The position numbers and the translations under genes were made by a program. This document shows, piece by piece, positions 37,136-46,791 of a DNA stretch of 64,000 nt. Origin of the DNA: an uncultured Candidatus Saccharibacteria bacterium. GTDB taxonomy: Bacteria > Patescibacteriota > Minisyncoccia > Phycocordibacterales > UBA2100. Positions within the stretch are counted from its first letter, which is position 1, and every line of letters starts with the position of its first letter. Below the pieces are notes generated by a model. The model was not told the origin of the DNA, ran no database searches, and saw only the letters and a list, made by a program, of their open reading frames with translations. Where the stretch lies: assembly GCA_964648335.1 (NCBI GenBank), contig CAZYLZ010000006.1, positions 3,974 through 67,973 on the forward strand. The letters run 5' to 3'.

Positions 37136-38443
37136 CTAGAGTCCTAGTAAGTTTGATATCTCCTTATCAGCGCGCTGGACGGCGTCAGAAAGCTTGAGCG
37201 ACCCGCTCGTCACGTCGTTAATCATAGCGCGAAAGACCTGATCGGTCTTTGCCGCATCTGGGTCCAAGAAACCGCGCGAGATTATCGCATCAAGCCTGAA
37301 CACCTCGTCGGCGCCGTCGACCGGCTTTGCAAGAACATCGCGCCGTGACGAGGCCAGTCCCCACGCTGTTGCAAGCTGCGTCGTTGCCTCCGCAGTAGCA
37401 AGCTTCTTGGCAATAGCAAACGCGGCCGTCGGATTGCGCGCAGCCTTTGGAATTGCCAAGCCATAGAGCTTGCCAAACGACACGCTCCGCTTTGCTACCT
37501 GGATCTGCGGCAGCTGGGCGATAGCGAAGTTAAGGTTAGGATTCTGCGCCTTTATGAGCGGAAGCTCGCTCGCAGTGCCGATATAGAGCGCGAGGTCGCC
37601 CGACGTGAAAGCAAGGAGCGAGTCGGGCATGGACCGATTCCACGAGTAGACGTTCTTGCTCGGATCGGCAAAGGTAGTAAAGAAACGTACTGCGCTGTCG
37701 CCAGGCTGGATCGCCGACGCCGTCTTTGCCGACAATTGCGAAACGACACGACCTTGTACATCGCGACCTGTAATCTCGCCCCCTGCCTGCATCACCAAGG
37801 CGCTGAGAATCTCTTTTGCATGTCGTACGTTATCAAACGATCCGAAAGCTATCGTGCTCGTCTGCACCGTTCCGGCGTCATCGCGCACGGTTAGCTTTTC
37901 TGCCATCTTAAAGACCTCTTCCCAATACTTGGGTGCAGCCGCGTATCCCTGTGCCGCGAGCATGTCCTTGTTCCAGTACAAGACGAGCGGGTCGACCACA
38001 AGCGGGATCGCAAGCACGCCTGCAGGTGTTAGAAACAGCTGCGACTCGTCGATAAACATACTCTGGAACGTCTGTTCTGGCAGCGAATCGAACGGTACGG
38101 TCACGATCTTGGCCTGCTGCGAAAAAACCTGATCTTGGGTCAGCATGAAGAGATCGGGACCTGCGCCGCTAGCGAGTGCGTTGGCAAGGTCGTAGTCGTA
38201 GGTACGGGCGTCCTTTTGTTCGTAAGTCACCTGTCGGAGCGTGTCGTCGTTTTCGGCAAGCGAACGAATTACGGTCGTCATGGCACGCTCGTCGAGTGTC
38301 CCCCATATGTGGATTGGACCGATATCTTTCGCAGAGCTCGTCCCTCCCAACACTCCCGAGAAGAACAAGAGGCCGACTACGGCAAAGATACCGAATCCTG
38401 CCATCAGAAAGAGTTGAAACGGAGTTGCTTTGCTGCTATCCAT
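37136..38443 (-). CDS. Membrane-anchored extracellular solute-binding-protein-like protein (ABC SBP family 1-like)
   Basis: N-terminal TM anchor. ~400-aa periplasmic-binding-protein-like composition. No permease or ATPase genes adjacent. Confidence 0.35.
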   Translation of the reverse strand: MDSSKATPFQLFLMAGFGIFAVVGLLFFSGVLGGTSSAKDIGPIHIWGTLDERAMTTVIRSLAENDDTLRQVTYEQKDARTYDYDLANALASGAGPDLFMLTQDQVFSQQAKIVTVPFDSLPEQTFQSMFIDESQLFLTPAGVLAIPLVVDPLVLYWNKDMLAAQGYAAAPKYWEEVFKMAEKLTVRDDAGTVQTSTIAFGSFDNVRHAKEILSALVMQAGGEITGRDVQGRVVSQLSAKTASAIQPGDSAVRFFTTFADPSKNVYSWNRSMPDSLLAFTSGDLALYIGTASELPLIKAQNPNLNFAIAQLPQIQVAKRSVSFGKLYGLAIPKAARNPTAAFAIAKKLATAEATTQLATAWGLASSRRDVLAKPVDGADEVFRLDAIISRGFLDPDAAKTDQVFRAMINDVTSGSLKLSDAVQRADKEISNLLGL

Positions 38444-38452
38444 AGAGATTGG

Positions 38453-39151
38453 TTATATTCGCTTTACGACGAGCCCATAATGGTGCGAGCCGGCGTCGAA
38501 CTCGCGCACCAAGGCAAACCCATTGCGCGACACGAGCGCAAGCGCCGCTTCTTTCGTCACGAGATGATCCTCGTGAGGACCGATAGCGCCCGATCCCCCG
38601 CTGTCAGACCAGTCGATGATGACCGCCAATCCGCCGGGAACGAGGATACGCTTTGCTTCAACGAGCACCGCATCGCGGTGTTCTGCCTGGAAAAGCATAT
38701 TAGAGACAAGCACCATGTCGAGCGACGATGCGGCAATCTTACTACCATCCTTGCTTTCGACGTTTCCCCAGACGATGTCGATGTTGTGACGGTTATCGCG
38801 CACTGCCGTGTTGCGGATACGAAGCAGCAGGTCTTGTTGAACGTCGACAGCAAAGATATGCCCGGCGACTCCGACCGCCTCGGCAAGTGCAAGAGTATAT
38901 ACCCCCGACCCTGCGCCGAAGTCTGCTACGCGCATACCTTCTTTAATGGGCAGTTGCGAGATGATCCGCGAGGGCTGCACGAATGCTTTCGGGACGTTCG
39001 CGGCGACCGCGGTTTCGTGACTTGCCTTTGGTGTTGCGACGAGTTTATGCGGGAACATGCGTAGTATCAGTATACCCTGCCGCATAATCGATACCGAGCC
39101 ACTATCAACAAAATGCCCCGCGATCGAGGTAGATCGCGGGGCGCCCTTCAT
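38453..39151 (-). CDS. Class I SAM-dependent methyltransferase
   Basis: Motif I VADFGAGSGVYT, motif II HIFAVDV. The upstream small-gene stop overlaps this start (ATGA), supporting the 39151 start. Confidence 0.6.
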   Translation of the reverse strand: MKGAPRSTSIAGHFVDSGSVSIMRQGILILRMFPHKLVATPKASHETAVAANVPKAFVQPSRIISQLPIKEGMRVADFGAGSGVYTLALAEAVGVAGHIFAVDVQQDLLLRIRNTAVRDNRHNIDIVWGNVESKDGSKIAASSLDMVLVSNMLFQAEHRDAVLVEAKRILVPGGLAVIIDWSDSGGSGAIGPHEDHLVTKEAALALVSRNGFALVREFDAGSHHYGLVVKRI

Positions 39152-39330
39152 CGTTTGGCCTTGGCTGTCGGAGCCGACTTAGTCGGCGCCTTCTGCGGAA
39201 GCCGCTCGCTCATCGTATACAACATGTAGTTGTTGAACGTAAGCTGCGCTATCAAGACTACGATGACCCAGAACCATGCACGCTTCATGTACTGCGGTAC
39301 GCGTATCTGGGGCTTATTGGGTAACTTCAT
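39148..39330 (-). CDS. Small membrane protein (60 aa)
   Basis: MKLPNKPQIRVPQYMKRAWFWVIVVLIAQLTF with aaggagtt SD. Start at the internal Met of ORF 39148..39390. Confidence 0.4.
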   Translation of the reverse strand: MKLPNKPQIRVPQYMKRAWFWVIVVLIAQLTFNNYMLYTMSERLPQKAPTKSAPTAKAKR

Positions 39331-39399
39331 GTGTAACTCCTTTGCTTGAACTTGCTGTACCATACTCCTTCTTCTGCAAATGCAAAGCATCTATGAACG

Positions 39400-39440
39400 A
39401 AAGACCCGCGGCAACTGCCGCGGGTCTTTCGTTTTCGTAT
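39400..39440. terminator. Terminator hairpin downstream of gyrA
   Basis: gaaagacccgcggcaactgccgcgggtctttcgttttcg. Confidence 0.6.
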
Positions 39441-39450
39441 CGCGTTAGAA

Positions 39451-41943
39451 TCAGGCCACTTCGTCTCCCTCGAAAATGACGAAGGATGCTACCTGGTCGC
39501 CTTCGCGCATCTTCATGATGCGTACTCCCTGCGTCGCGCGGCCGAGTGCCGGGATCTCGTCGAGCGCAGTGCGGATCGTCTGGCTCTTCTGGCTCATTGC
39601 TACCAGCTCGCCACCCTTTTGTACAACGGCAGCACCGACGAGCTGCTTGGTCTTGGCAGTTATCGACATCGTCTTGATGCCCGAGCCGCCGCGTCCCTGG
39701 ATTTTGTATTCCTTGAGCGGTGTCTTTTTGCCGTACCCGGTGGAAGAAAGCACCAGAAGCTCTGCGTCTTTTGCTTCTTTCGGCACGACTCCGGCGCCGA
39801 CAATCACGTCTCCCGATCCGAGCTTCATACCGCGCACTCCTGCCGCCTGGCGACCCATCTCGCGAACTTCGCCTTCGGCAAATCGAATCGACTGTCCCTT
39901 GGACGTGGTCATGAGGACGCTGTCGCCTTTGTTGACGAACTGTGCCGATATGAGGGCATCGCCCTTGTCGAGGGTGATAGCGATAAGACCGGAACGGCGT
40001 ACTTCTTTAAATGCTTCTGCCTTGGTCTTTTTGACGGTTCCGTCCTTGGTCGCCATAAGAAGCGAGAGTTCTCCGGTATTCTTGAGCTCTTTTGGCATGG
40101 CCAAAATAGAAGTGATACTCTCTCCTTCTTCGAGCGACAAGAAGTTCATGATCGACTTGCCTTTGGTTGCGCGGCGCCCCTCGGGGAGCTCGTACATCTT
40201 GAGCTGATACGCCTTTCCGCGATCCGAGAAGAACAACAGATCGCTGTGCGCAGAAGCGGTCACGAACTGCGTTACGAAATCCTCATCTTTAGTATCCAAA
40301 TCGACGACACCTACGCCTCCGCGCTTCTGGCGGCGGTACTCGGATGGATTAGTACGCTTGATGTAGCCTCCCGACGTAAGGACGAGCACCGAGTCTTCGT
40401 CGGGCACCAGGTCCTCGACCGAGAAGGTCTTGGCACCGCGCTTTACAATCTTGGTGCGGCGGTCGTCTCCGTATTTCTCTGCGATCTCTTTCAGTTCGGC
40501 CTTGATGACGCCGAGCATCTTCTTTTCGGAAGCCAAGAGGGCTTTCAATTCCGCAATGAGCGCCTGTACTTCTTTGAGCTCGTCCTCGATCTTCTGACGC
40601 TCGAGATTCGCCAAGCGCTGCAGGCGCATTTCCAAGATTGCGGTCGCCTGCTTAGGCGAGAATCTGAATTCTTTTATGAGATTCGCATGTGCCGTCTCGA
40701 CGTCCTTGCTCTTGCGTATGAGTTTTATTACCTCGTCGATGTGATCGAGCGCCTTCTTGAGACCGAGCAAGATGTGCTCGCGCTCTTCTGCACGGAACAG
40801 GTCGTACTTGGTGCGGCGCGTGACGACCTCTTTTCGGTGCAAGACGAACGACTCGAGGAAGCCGCGCAAAGACAAGGTCTGCGGTATGCCGTCCACGAGA
40901 GCGACGCAGTTGTAGTGGAACGTTTCTTCGAGCTGGGTGTGCTTGTATAGGTAGTTGAGAACTGTCTGGGGATGCGATGTTCCCTTGAGGTCGATCGCGA
41001 TGCGGATATCTTTTGCCGACTCGTCGCGCAAGCCCTTGATGCCATCTACTTTTTTCTCGTGAACCAAGTCGGCGATCTTGCTTATGAGATCCGCCTTGTT
41101 TACGCGAAACGGCACCGACGTGATGATGATCTGCGTCTCGCCTTTCTTTCCTTCGACTATCTCGGCCTCGCCACGCACCACGACACCACCGCGCCCAGAC
41201 GCGTATGCCTGTGCAATGTCCTTTTGGTTAAACGCGATACAGCCTGTCGGAAAATCCGGACCCTGCACGAACTGCAGCAAGTCTTCGGTGGTGGCCTTTG
41301 GGTTGTCGATAAGATGCTCAGTCGCGGCGCAGACCTCGCGCAAGTTGTGCGGCGGGATGTTGGTCGCCATGCCCACGGCGATGCCAAGCGTGCCGTTGAC
41401 GAGGAGGTTAGGGAATCCTGCCGGCAGGACTACCGGCTCTTTGCGGGTGTTTTCGTAGTTTGGAGCAAAATCGACGGTGTCTTTTTCGATGTCTTTCAAC
41501 ATCATCAATGCAAGACGCGACATCTTGGCCTCGGTGTAACGCGACGCAGCTGGCGGATCGCCGTCGATGGAGCCAAAGTTTCCCTGGCCGATAACGAGCG
41601 GATAACGCATCGTAAAGTCCTGCGCCAATTTTGCGAGCGAGTCGTACACCGCGACGTCTCCGTGCGGATGGTAGTTACCCGTTACGTCTCCGGTGATCTT
41701 TGCCGATTTGCGCGTCTTGCCACCCGGGTTGAGGCCGAGCTCGTGCATGGTGTAGAGAATGCGACGGTGAACGGGCTTAAGACCGTCGCGGACATCAGGA
41801 AGCGCGCGTGCCGTAATGACCGACATCGCGTAGTCGAGATACGATTCGCGCATCTCTGCGGTGATAGAGCGGGCGATGACGCCCAAGCTCGGATCTCGTG
41901 GTTCTGGAGCGGCTTCTGCCTTTGCAACCTTTTTCTGAGCCAT
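39451..41943 (-). CDS. gyrA: DNA gyrase subunit A
   Basis: ALPDVRDGLKPVHRRILY, YHPHGD, a GyrA-box-like QKRGGVG in the C-terminal domain, 830 aa. Confidence 0.9.
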   Translation of the reverse strand: MAQKKVAKAEAAPEPRDPSLGVIARSITAEMRESYLDYAMSVITARALPDVRDGLKPVHRRILYTMHELGLNPGGKTRKSAKITGDVTGNYHPHGDVAVYDSLAKLAQDFTMRYPLVIGQGNFGSIDGDPPAASRYTEAKMSRLALMMLKDIEKDTVDFAPNYENTRKEPVVLPAGFPNLLVNGTLGIAVGMATNIPPHNLREVCAATEHLIDNPKATTEDLLQFVQGPDFPTGCIAFNQKDIAQAYASGRGGVVVRGEAEIVEGKKGETQIIITSVPFRVNKADLISKIADLVHEKKVDGIKGLRDESAKDIRIAIDLKGTSHPQTVLNYLYKHTQLEETFHYNCVALVDGIPQTLSLRGFLESFVLHRKEVVTRRTKYDLFRAEEREHILLGLKKALDHIDEVIKLIRKSKDVETAHANLIKEFRFSPKQATAILEMRLQRLANLERQKIEDELKEVQALIAELKALLASEKKMLGVIKAELKEIAEKYGDDRRTKIVKRGAKTFSVEDLVPDEDSVLVLTSGGYIKRTNPSEYRRQKRGGVGVVDLDTKDEDFVTQFVTASAHSDLLFFSDRGKAYQLKMYELPEGRRATKGKSIMNFLSLEEGESITSILAMPKELKNTGELSLLMATKDGTVKKTKAEAFKEVRRSGLIAITLDKGDALISAQFVNKGDSVLMTTSKGQSIRFAEGEVREMGRQAAGVRGMKLGSGDVIVGAGVVPKEAKDAELLVLSSTGYGKKTPLKEYKIQGRGGSGIKTMSITAKTKQLVGAAVVQKGGELVAMSQKSQTIRTALDEIPALGRATQGVRIMKMREGDQVASFVIFEGDEVA

Positions 41944-42019
41944 AACGCGAGAATTGTATCATATGTGGAATTCTTTGCAGTAACGCAAAGAGCCCTCTCT
42001 TCGTCATCGTGGGGAGTTA

Positions 42020-42412
42020 TCAGTTTTCAAACGACCCGCCAGTTGCCGTGGAATCGAGCTTGTAGGTGGCCTGTCCGCCCGTCGTACCACCCGAATTGGC
42101 CGCCTCGTCGCGGATGGCCTTGAGCTCGCTCGTTGCGTCGTTATAGCTTTTGCCAAACGAGTCTTGCGCCTCTTTTACGTTCGTAAACTGCATGATGTCC
42201 TTTTGCGGTCCCCACGACGTATCTACCTGCTCGCCATTGACTATCTTATGAAAAAAGAAGAACGCCCACGCGGCAAACAGGATAAAGCCGATGAGCGCAG
42301 CAGACCCGCCGGCTATGACCTTCTTCTGGTCTTTGGGCCGGTTCTGGAGATCACCAAGTTTGCTGGAGCCCGAAGCTCCCGAGCCCGTAAACGGATGCGT
42401 ACTTTGCATCAC
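42020..42412 (-). CDS. Hypothetical single-TM membrane protein
   Basis: IAGGSAALIGFILFAAWAFFFF TM segment. 130 aa. Confidence 0.4.
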   Translation of the reverse strand: MMQSTHPFTGSGASGSSKLGDLQNRPKDQKKVIAGGSAALIGFILFAAWAFFFFHKIVNGEQVDTSWGPQKDIMQFTNVKEAQDSFGKSYNDATSELKAIRDEAANSGGTTGGQATYKLDSTATGGSFEN

Positions 42413-42438
42413 ATTATTCTACTATAGGTATACGCGAC

Positions 42439-42684
42439 TTATTGTCCTCTACCTACTTCCTTGTACTTTCTCCACGTGTAAATCAAGTATCCGCTGGATG
42501 CAATAACCCACAGTGTGGCCACAGTAATGTCACTATAACTAAAAGAAGCAGGGTCGAGAATCGAAGCTGCGGCATAAATAAGCCCCATCAAAAAAATAAT
42601 AGTTGCTCCAGCCAGGTCTTTAAATTCGAAATTGATCTTCATACAATCTATGATCCTCGGGTTTTCGCGATCCGATACTGCCAC
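42439..42684 (-). CDS. Hypothetical small membrane protein
   Basis: Two hydrophobic segments. 81 aa. Confidence 0.3.
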   Translation of the reverse strand: MAVSDRENPRIIDCMKINFEFKDLAGATIIFLMGLIYAAASILDPASFSYSDITVATLWVIASSGYLIYTWRKYKEVGRGQ

Positions 42685-42711
42685 TCCACGGAAATGCGTG
42701 GTGTGTAAGTG

Positions 42712-43344
42712 CTAAGCCTTCAGGACGACAACTTCACCCGCCTTACCAGCAACATCCTTGGGTTTTATCGTCAGCTTGTCGAGCATTTCTGCCTTTTCGA
42801 CGCCTGCCTCCTTAAGAAAGAGTTTGAGCGCATCTTTGTCACCAACGCCTTCCCAGTGAATCGGAATAATTATCTTGGCCTCGAGCTTGACGGCAAGCTT
42901 ATGCGCTTCTTGGGCATCGAGTACGCCCGAGCCGCCTATCGGCACAAACACCACGTCGACGTCTTCGATAGCCTCGATGGCATCTGCGGGCAACTGCATC
43001 TCGCCGATTGCTCCCAAATACAGCACATGGAGTCCGTCCATGGTTACCGTATAGATAGTGTTGATGAGTTCTTTGCCGCCGTAAAACGTTTTGGTAGCAA
43101 ATCCTGCCGCGGTTATCGATCCTACTTCGTACTCGCCCGGTCCATTGATGGCAAAAGGCGCTTTGTCGCCGCGCGAGGCCTCGGCAACGCCGTTCATGTC
43201 GGGGTGGTTGGCAGAAACAAACACGACATCGGACCCAAAGCTCATTGATTTGAGTTTTGATTCTTTGGAAACAGGACCGAACGCGAGTGTCGTGTCGCCT
43301 GCCGATACTTTTACTGCTTCACCTGCGTGGTACGTGATTATCAT
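42712..43344 (-). CDS. Metallo-beta-lactamase-fold hydrolase
   Basis: MBL-like pattern in a ~210-aa UlaG/YtnP-size protein. Confidence 0.5.
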   Translation of the reverse strand: MIITYHAGEAVKVSAGDTTLAFGPVSKESKLKSMSFGSDVVFVSANHPDMNGVAEASRGDKAPFAINGPGEYEVGSITAAGFATKTFYGGKELINTIYTVTMDGLHVLYLGAIGEMQLPADAIEAIEDVDVVFVPIGGSGVLDAQEAHKLAVKLEAKIIIPIHWEGVGDKDALKLFLKEAGVEKAEMLDKLTIKPKDVAGKAGEVVVLKA

Positions 43345-43497
43345 AGTAGATTTTGTTAGTGTGTCTTCGAGTTTAGAAAATCTTAGATCCCGAGCGATTC
43401 CGCAACGAGGGATAAGATACCCGCAATCGTATCACAAAAATGGTGTGGTAGAAAAAGCCAGAAAGTAGGCCGTTTTTTAAGCCTTATCGCAAAATAC

Positions 43498-43525
43498 TTG
43501 ACATATTTTACATACGTGCTAAGAT
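43498..43525 (+). promoter_or_regulatory. Near-consensus sigma70-type promoter with extended -10
   Basis: TTGACA (43498-43503), 16-nt spacer, TGcTAAGAT (43517-43525). Predicted TSS near 43532. Confidence 0.6.
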
Positions 43526-43531
43526 ACTCAT

Positions 43532-44171
43532 ATCTGCGCCATCGATCGCGTGTCCGCCGACGGACATAGGGGCAGATACCGCTTTGGGAAGGAGGAATGT
43601 GTGTATCACACTCGCGACCCGACCTTCTAGTATTGCTCTTTCGTATATCAAGCGGCCTGAACAAGGCACGTGCAAAATAAAGCGCAAAAAACGCAGGGAG
43701 TTCACCCGACGAATCGCGAATCCTCGAGAGCAGAACGGCACCCATGCCCAATGTTCCATGGACTAGGATTGCAAACGGTAACCCCACCGGGACTCGTGTC
43801 CCACCATGCGCAGAGCGCTTAAGTTGCGCGAATACCGAACCTCAGCCTTCACTGGTTGAGGTTCACTCTTTTATACGCACCCGGATGCGTTGACACCGCG
43901 TACGGGCATGCGAGTATGTCGTTTCCTGCGCCTTGGCATCAAGGACAAGCAGGGTTGCTCTGTATACAGGAGGACGACATGATTCGAGCGGATCCGGGTA
44001 CTGGTCTCACAAAACCAATCACGGCCGGCGGACACTAACCCGCCGACTTCCCTCTCGACTCTGTTTGAAGGAGTGCGCGATGCCCTTTGCGCGAGACGGT
44101 CCCTAGGACCATCAGCATCCTCATCTCACCTCAGGACCCCTGCCCTAGCCGGCATGTGGGTCCTCTTTTTT
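43532..44171 (+). ncRNA. Candidate ~630-nt non-coding transcript (identity unresolved: RNase P RNA, tmRNA, 6S RNA or a novel large RNA)
   Basis: Runs from the promoter to an intrinsic terminator at 44133-44171 (aggaccc..18-nt loop..gggtcct ctttttt). No convincing ORF (only short or Arg-rich frames). Many internal hairpins. rpsA has its own promoter downstream. Confidence 0.35.
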
Positions 44172-44197
44172 GCAAAAAACCCGATTTCTGCTATAGT
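44170..44197 (+). promoter_or_regulatory. Putative rpsA promoter
   Basis: TTGCAA (44170-44175), 16-nt spacer, TATAGT (44192-44197), ~95 nt upstream of the rpsA ATG. Confidence 0.45.
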
Positions 44198-44291
44198 CCT
44201 TTCCACGCATTACTAGTCCGATGCTAGTGGTAACCCTCGTGTGCTCCCTACCCCGGCTGCTCGCACCGAAACCATAGCTTCGATATAAACA

Positions 44292-45425
44292 ATGCCAACA
44301 AAAGAAACCGAGGCTAAGACAGCCTCGACTGCGGTTGCCGCAGAAGAAGTGGTCCCCGAGACGGTCATGTCCGTCCTTACCAAAGACATCCCGGCACGCC
44401 CGAGCGTCGGCGACGTGGTCGAAGGACCGGTCGTCGCTATCGGACGCGCACGTGTGTTCGTCGACCTCCACCCATACGGAACGGGTATCATTTACGGCCG
44501 CGAGTATCTCTCGGCGCGCGATACGCTTAAGAACGTCAATGTAGGAGACCTCATCACCGCAAAGGTGGTCGAAGTCGAGAACGCCGACGGCTACATCGAG
44601 ATCTCGCTTCGCGAAGCTCGCCAGGCTCTTATGTGGAGCGAGGCAGAGGCAGCCGTTACCGACAAGGTGGTCTTTAGCTTGCCTGTCAAAGACGCGAACA
44701 AGGGCGGACTCATCATCGAGTGGCAGGGCCTTCAGGGCTTCTTGCCAGCATCACAGTTGGGCTCCACCCACTACCCACGCGTCACCGACGGCGATAAGGA
44801 CAAGATCTTCGTCGAGCTCAAGAAGCTCATCGGCGAGAAGCTCGAGGTCATGATCATCACCGCAAACCCCAAGGAGCAGAAGCTCATCTTTAGCGAGAAG
44901 GGTGCCGGAGGTGCCGAGCGCCAGACATTGGTCGGCAAATACCAGATCGGCGACGTCTTCGACGGCGAGGTCACCGGTGCCACCGAGTTCGGCGTATTCG
45001 TCAAGATCGAGGAAGGACTCGAGGGCTTGGTCCACATTTCCGAGATGGATTGGGGCTTGGTCGAGGATCCAAAGAAGCGCTTCAAGGTGGGCGATCACGT
45101 AAAGGTGAAGGTCATCGAGATCAAGGACGACAAAGTCTCGCTCTCGATCAAGGCTCTTACCGAGGACCCATGGAAGACTGCTGCGGCCAAGTTCAAGAAA
45201 GGCGAGCGCGTCGACGCGGTCGTGATCAAGTACAACAAGCACGGAGCACTCGCCTCTATAGAAGAAGGTGTTGCAGGCTTGGTGCACGTATCCGAGTTTG
45301 CCGACGAGAACGAGCTTCGCCAGAACCTCGAGCTCGGCAAGGTATACCCGTTCTCTATCTCGTTCTTCGAGCCAAAGGACCGCCGCATGACACTCTCGTT
45401 TGCCGGCGAAAAGAAAAAGAAATAA
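44292..45425 (+). CDS. rpsA: 30S ribosomal protein S1, short four-S1-domain form
   Basis: Four S1 domains (GDVVEG.V, GDVFDGEVTG..FGVFV, GDHVKVKV, GERVDAVV..HG). 377 aa. Confidence 0.8.
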   Translation: MPTKETEAKTASTAVAAEEVVPETVMSVLTKDIPARPSVGDVVEGPVVAIGRARVFVDLHPYGTGIIYGREYLSARDTLKNVNVGDLITAKVVEVENADGYIEISLREARQALMWSEAEAAVTDKVVFSLPVKDANKGGLIIEWQGLQGFLPASQLGSTHYPRVTDGDKDKIFVELKKLIGEKLEVMIITANPKEQKLIFSEKGAGGAERQTLVGKYQIGDVFDGEVTGATEFGVFVKIEEGLEGLVHISEMDWGLVEDPKKRFKVGDHVKVKVIEIKDDKVSLSIKALTEDPWKTAAAKFKKGERVDAVVIKYNKHGALASIEEGVAGLVHVSEFADENELRQNLELGKVYPFSISFFEPKDRRMTLSFAGEKKKK

Positions 45426-45445
45426 GACTACGCAAAGCTATACAA

Positions 45446-45508
45446 AACGGGCGCCAGGGCGCCCGTTTTGTATACAGAAACCCCGGCACGTGTGCCGGGG
45501 TTTTGGGA
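45446..45508. terminator. Tandem terminator hairpins
   Basis: aacgggcgccagggcgcccgtttt and aaccccggcacgtgtgccggggtttt. Confidence 0.7.
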
Positions 45509-45521
45509 TTCTTCGTACAGA

Positions 45522-45935
45522 CTACTCGAGCTTAAAAATGGCAGTCGACGTCTGCTGCAGCATCCGTACGCTCGCCTCGAGAGCAGAAAGCCCTTCGCAC
45601 ATACTCCGCGTGTCGGGCACGAACGAGCTACCCTTCTGCATGATCGAACGTGCGCAGAGTCGGTAGATGCCGAGGTAGAGCAGTATATCTGCGCTCTGAC
45701 TCCTCGTGGCTTCGACGCCATGGCGGGCCTTGTACGTTTCGGCCCAGATTACCATTCGGTCTAGTATCAGATGGACCTCGTCGAAGCTTTTATTCACCGA
45801 GCGCAAGATCTGGTTCGCCTCGTCCATTCGAATTATCACGAACGTAAGCCCCCCGAAGGCGCAGAGTACTGCGATAAGGCTTATGGTTTTGAGGACATCG
45901 ATGTCCATACGGACCTCCGTTGTTGCTCTCGGCAA
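45522..45935 (-). CDS. Hypothetical membrane protein
   Basis: TM helix ISLIAVLCAFGGLTFVII. 137 aa. Confidence 0.35.
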   Translation of the reverse strand: MPRATTEVRMDIDVLKTISLIAVLCAFGGLTFVIIRMDEANQILRSVNKSFDEVHLILDRMVIWAETYKARHGVEATRSQSADILLYLGIYRLCARSIMQKGSSFVPDTRSMCEGLSALEASVRMLQQTSTAIFKLE

Positions 45936-46011
45936 AGTACCATTATTGTATACATGTGCAACTTCTCTCGGACCCTAAGAAAAAGCCCGAGCATGCGCTC
46001 GGGCCTCTATG

Positions 46012-46407
46012 TCAGACGGCAGATTCTCTCCTGCCGGCATGACGATCGACGAGACGGGCTATTATGTCCCGCTCGGCTTTGATTCTTGCGATGACCTTCA
46101 TGCACGCGCGATAGTGAGCACGGAGCTTCCCGAGCTCGGGAAATCTCGACTCACACCGCTGTTTAAGCCGGTCTAAGTCTCCCGACACGCGGGCAAGATC
46201 CCGGTCGTAGCACAGTGGTGTCGTTGCGACGATCGCCGAACAGGATCTGAGTCGTGCAGAAAGCTCGACAGACTCGGCAGCGAGCGCATCTGCAAGCGTG
46301 CGCGCCTCTCGCGTATCGTGCAAGAGGCAGCGAGCACTATAGAGCACGAAGCCCCAGTAGCCACCCACAACGCATGCGATCGTAACCATGATCGATGCTG
46401 CTATCAT
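46012..46407 (-). CDS. Hypothetical membrane protein
   Basis: Start at MIAASIMVTIACVV with gaggag SD. The longer ORF extends to 46554. Confidence 0.35.
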   Translation of the reverse strand: MIAASIMVTIACVVGGYWGFVLYSARCLLHDTREARTLADALAAESVELSARLRSCSAIVATTPLCYDRDLARVSGDLDRLKQRCESRFPELGKLRAHYRACMKVIARIKAERDIIARLVDRHAGRRESAV

Positions 46408-46494
46408 GTCGTATCTCCTCTGTAGCCGTCGGGTACCATACCACAATAAGACAATTTGTTGTATAGTGCCGCAAGCACAACGGAGGACGTCGCT

Positions 46495-46791
46495 ATGAAA
46501 GACAGAACGCTTACCGGCAAAGATTTGGTATTGGGCAAGATGGTACTCCTCCATGTCGACGAGAAGATCGGCTGGTGGCCCTCGACCCTACGACGCATCG
46601 GCGAGACGCACCACTACTACGAAGTCATGGGTCGCGATATGGTTGCAAAAAAACCAGCTCCGCAAGACATGACCGCATGCATCACGTACGCCCGTGTTTG
46701 CATGCGCGAAGATCTCGACGCAATCGTATGCGACATGGTACGCGATGTACAGACGCAGGTTCGCCGATATGTGTCATCGACAGCCGCCTAG
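46495..46791 (+). CDS. Hypothetical protein (98 aa)
   Basis: ggagga SD before ATG 46495. Terminator aaagagcacgccagccgcgtgctctttttt at 46800-46832. Confidence 0.4.
   Translation: MKDRTLTGKDLVLGKMVLLHVDEKIGWWPSTLRRIGETHHYYEVMGRDMVAKKPAPQDMTACITYARVCMREDLDAIVCDMVRDVQTQVRRYVSSTAA

Noticed and set aside
43385-43745. tmRNA on the minus strand, suggested by a GGAUUCG...CGUCGGG motif
   Set aside because: No T-arm/CCA-like 3' end or convincing tag reading frame was found, and it would run antisense through the strong plus-strand promoter. Left as unresolved.
43383-43787. 134-aa minus-strand ORF (and a 60-aa ORF at 43856..44038) in the rpsA-upstream gap
   Set aside because: Arg-rich composition with no RBS. 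They lie inside the predicted non-coding transcription unit.
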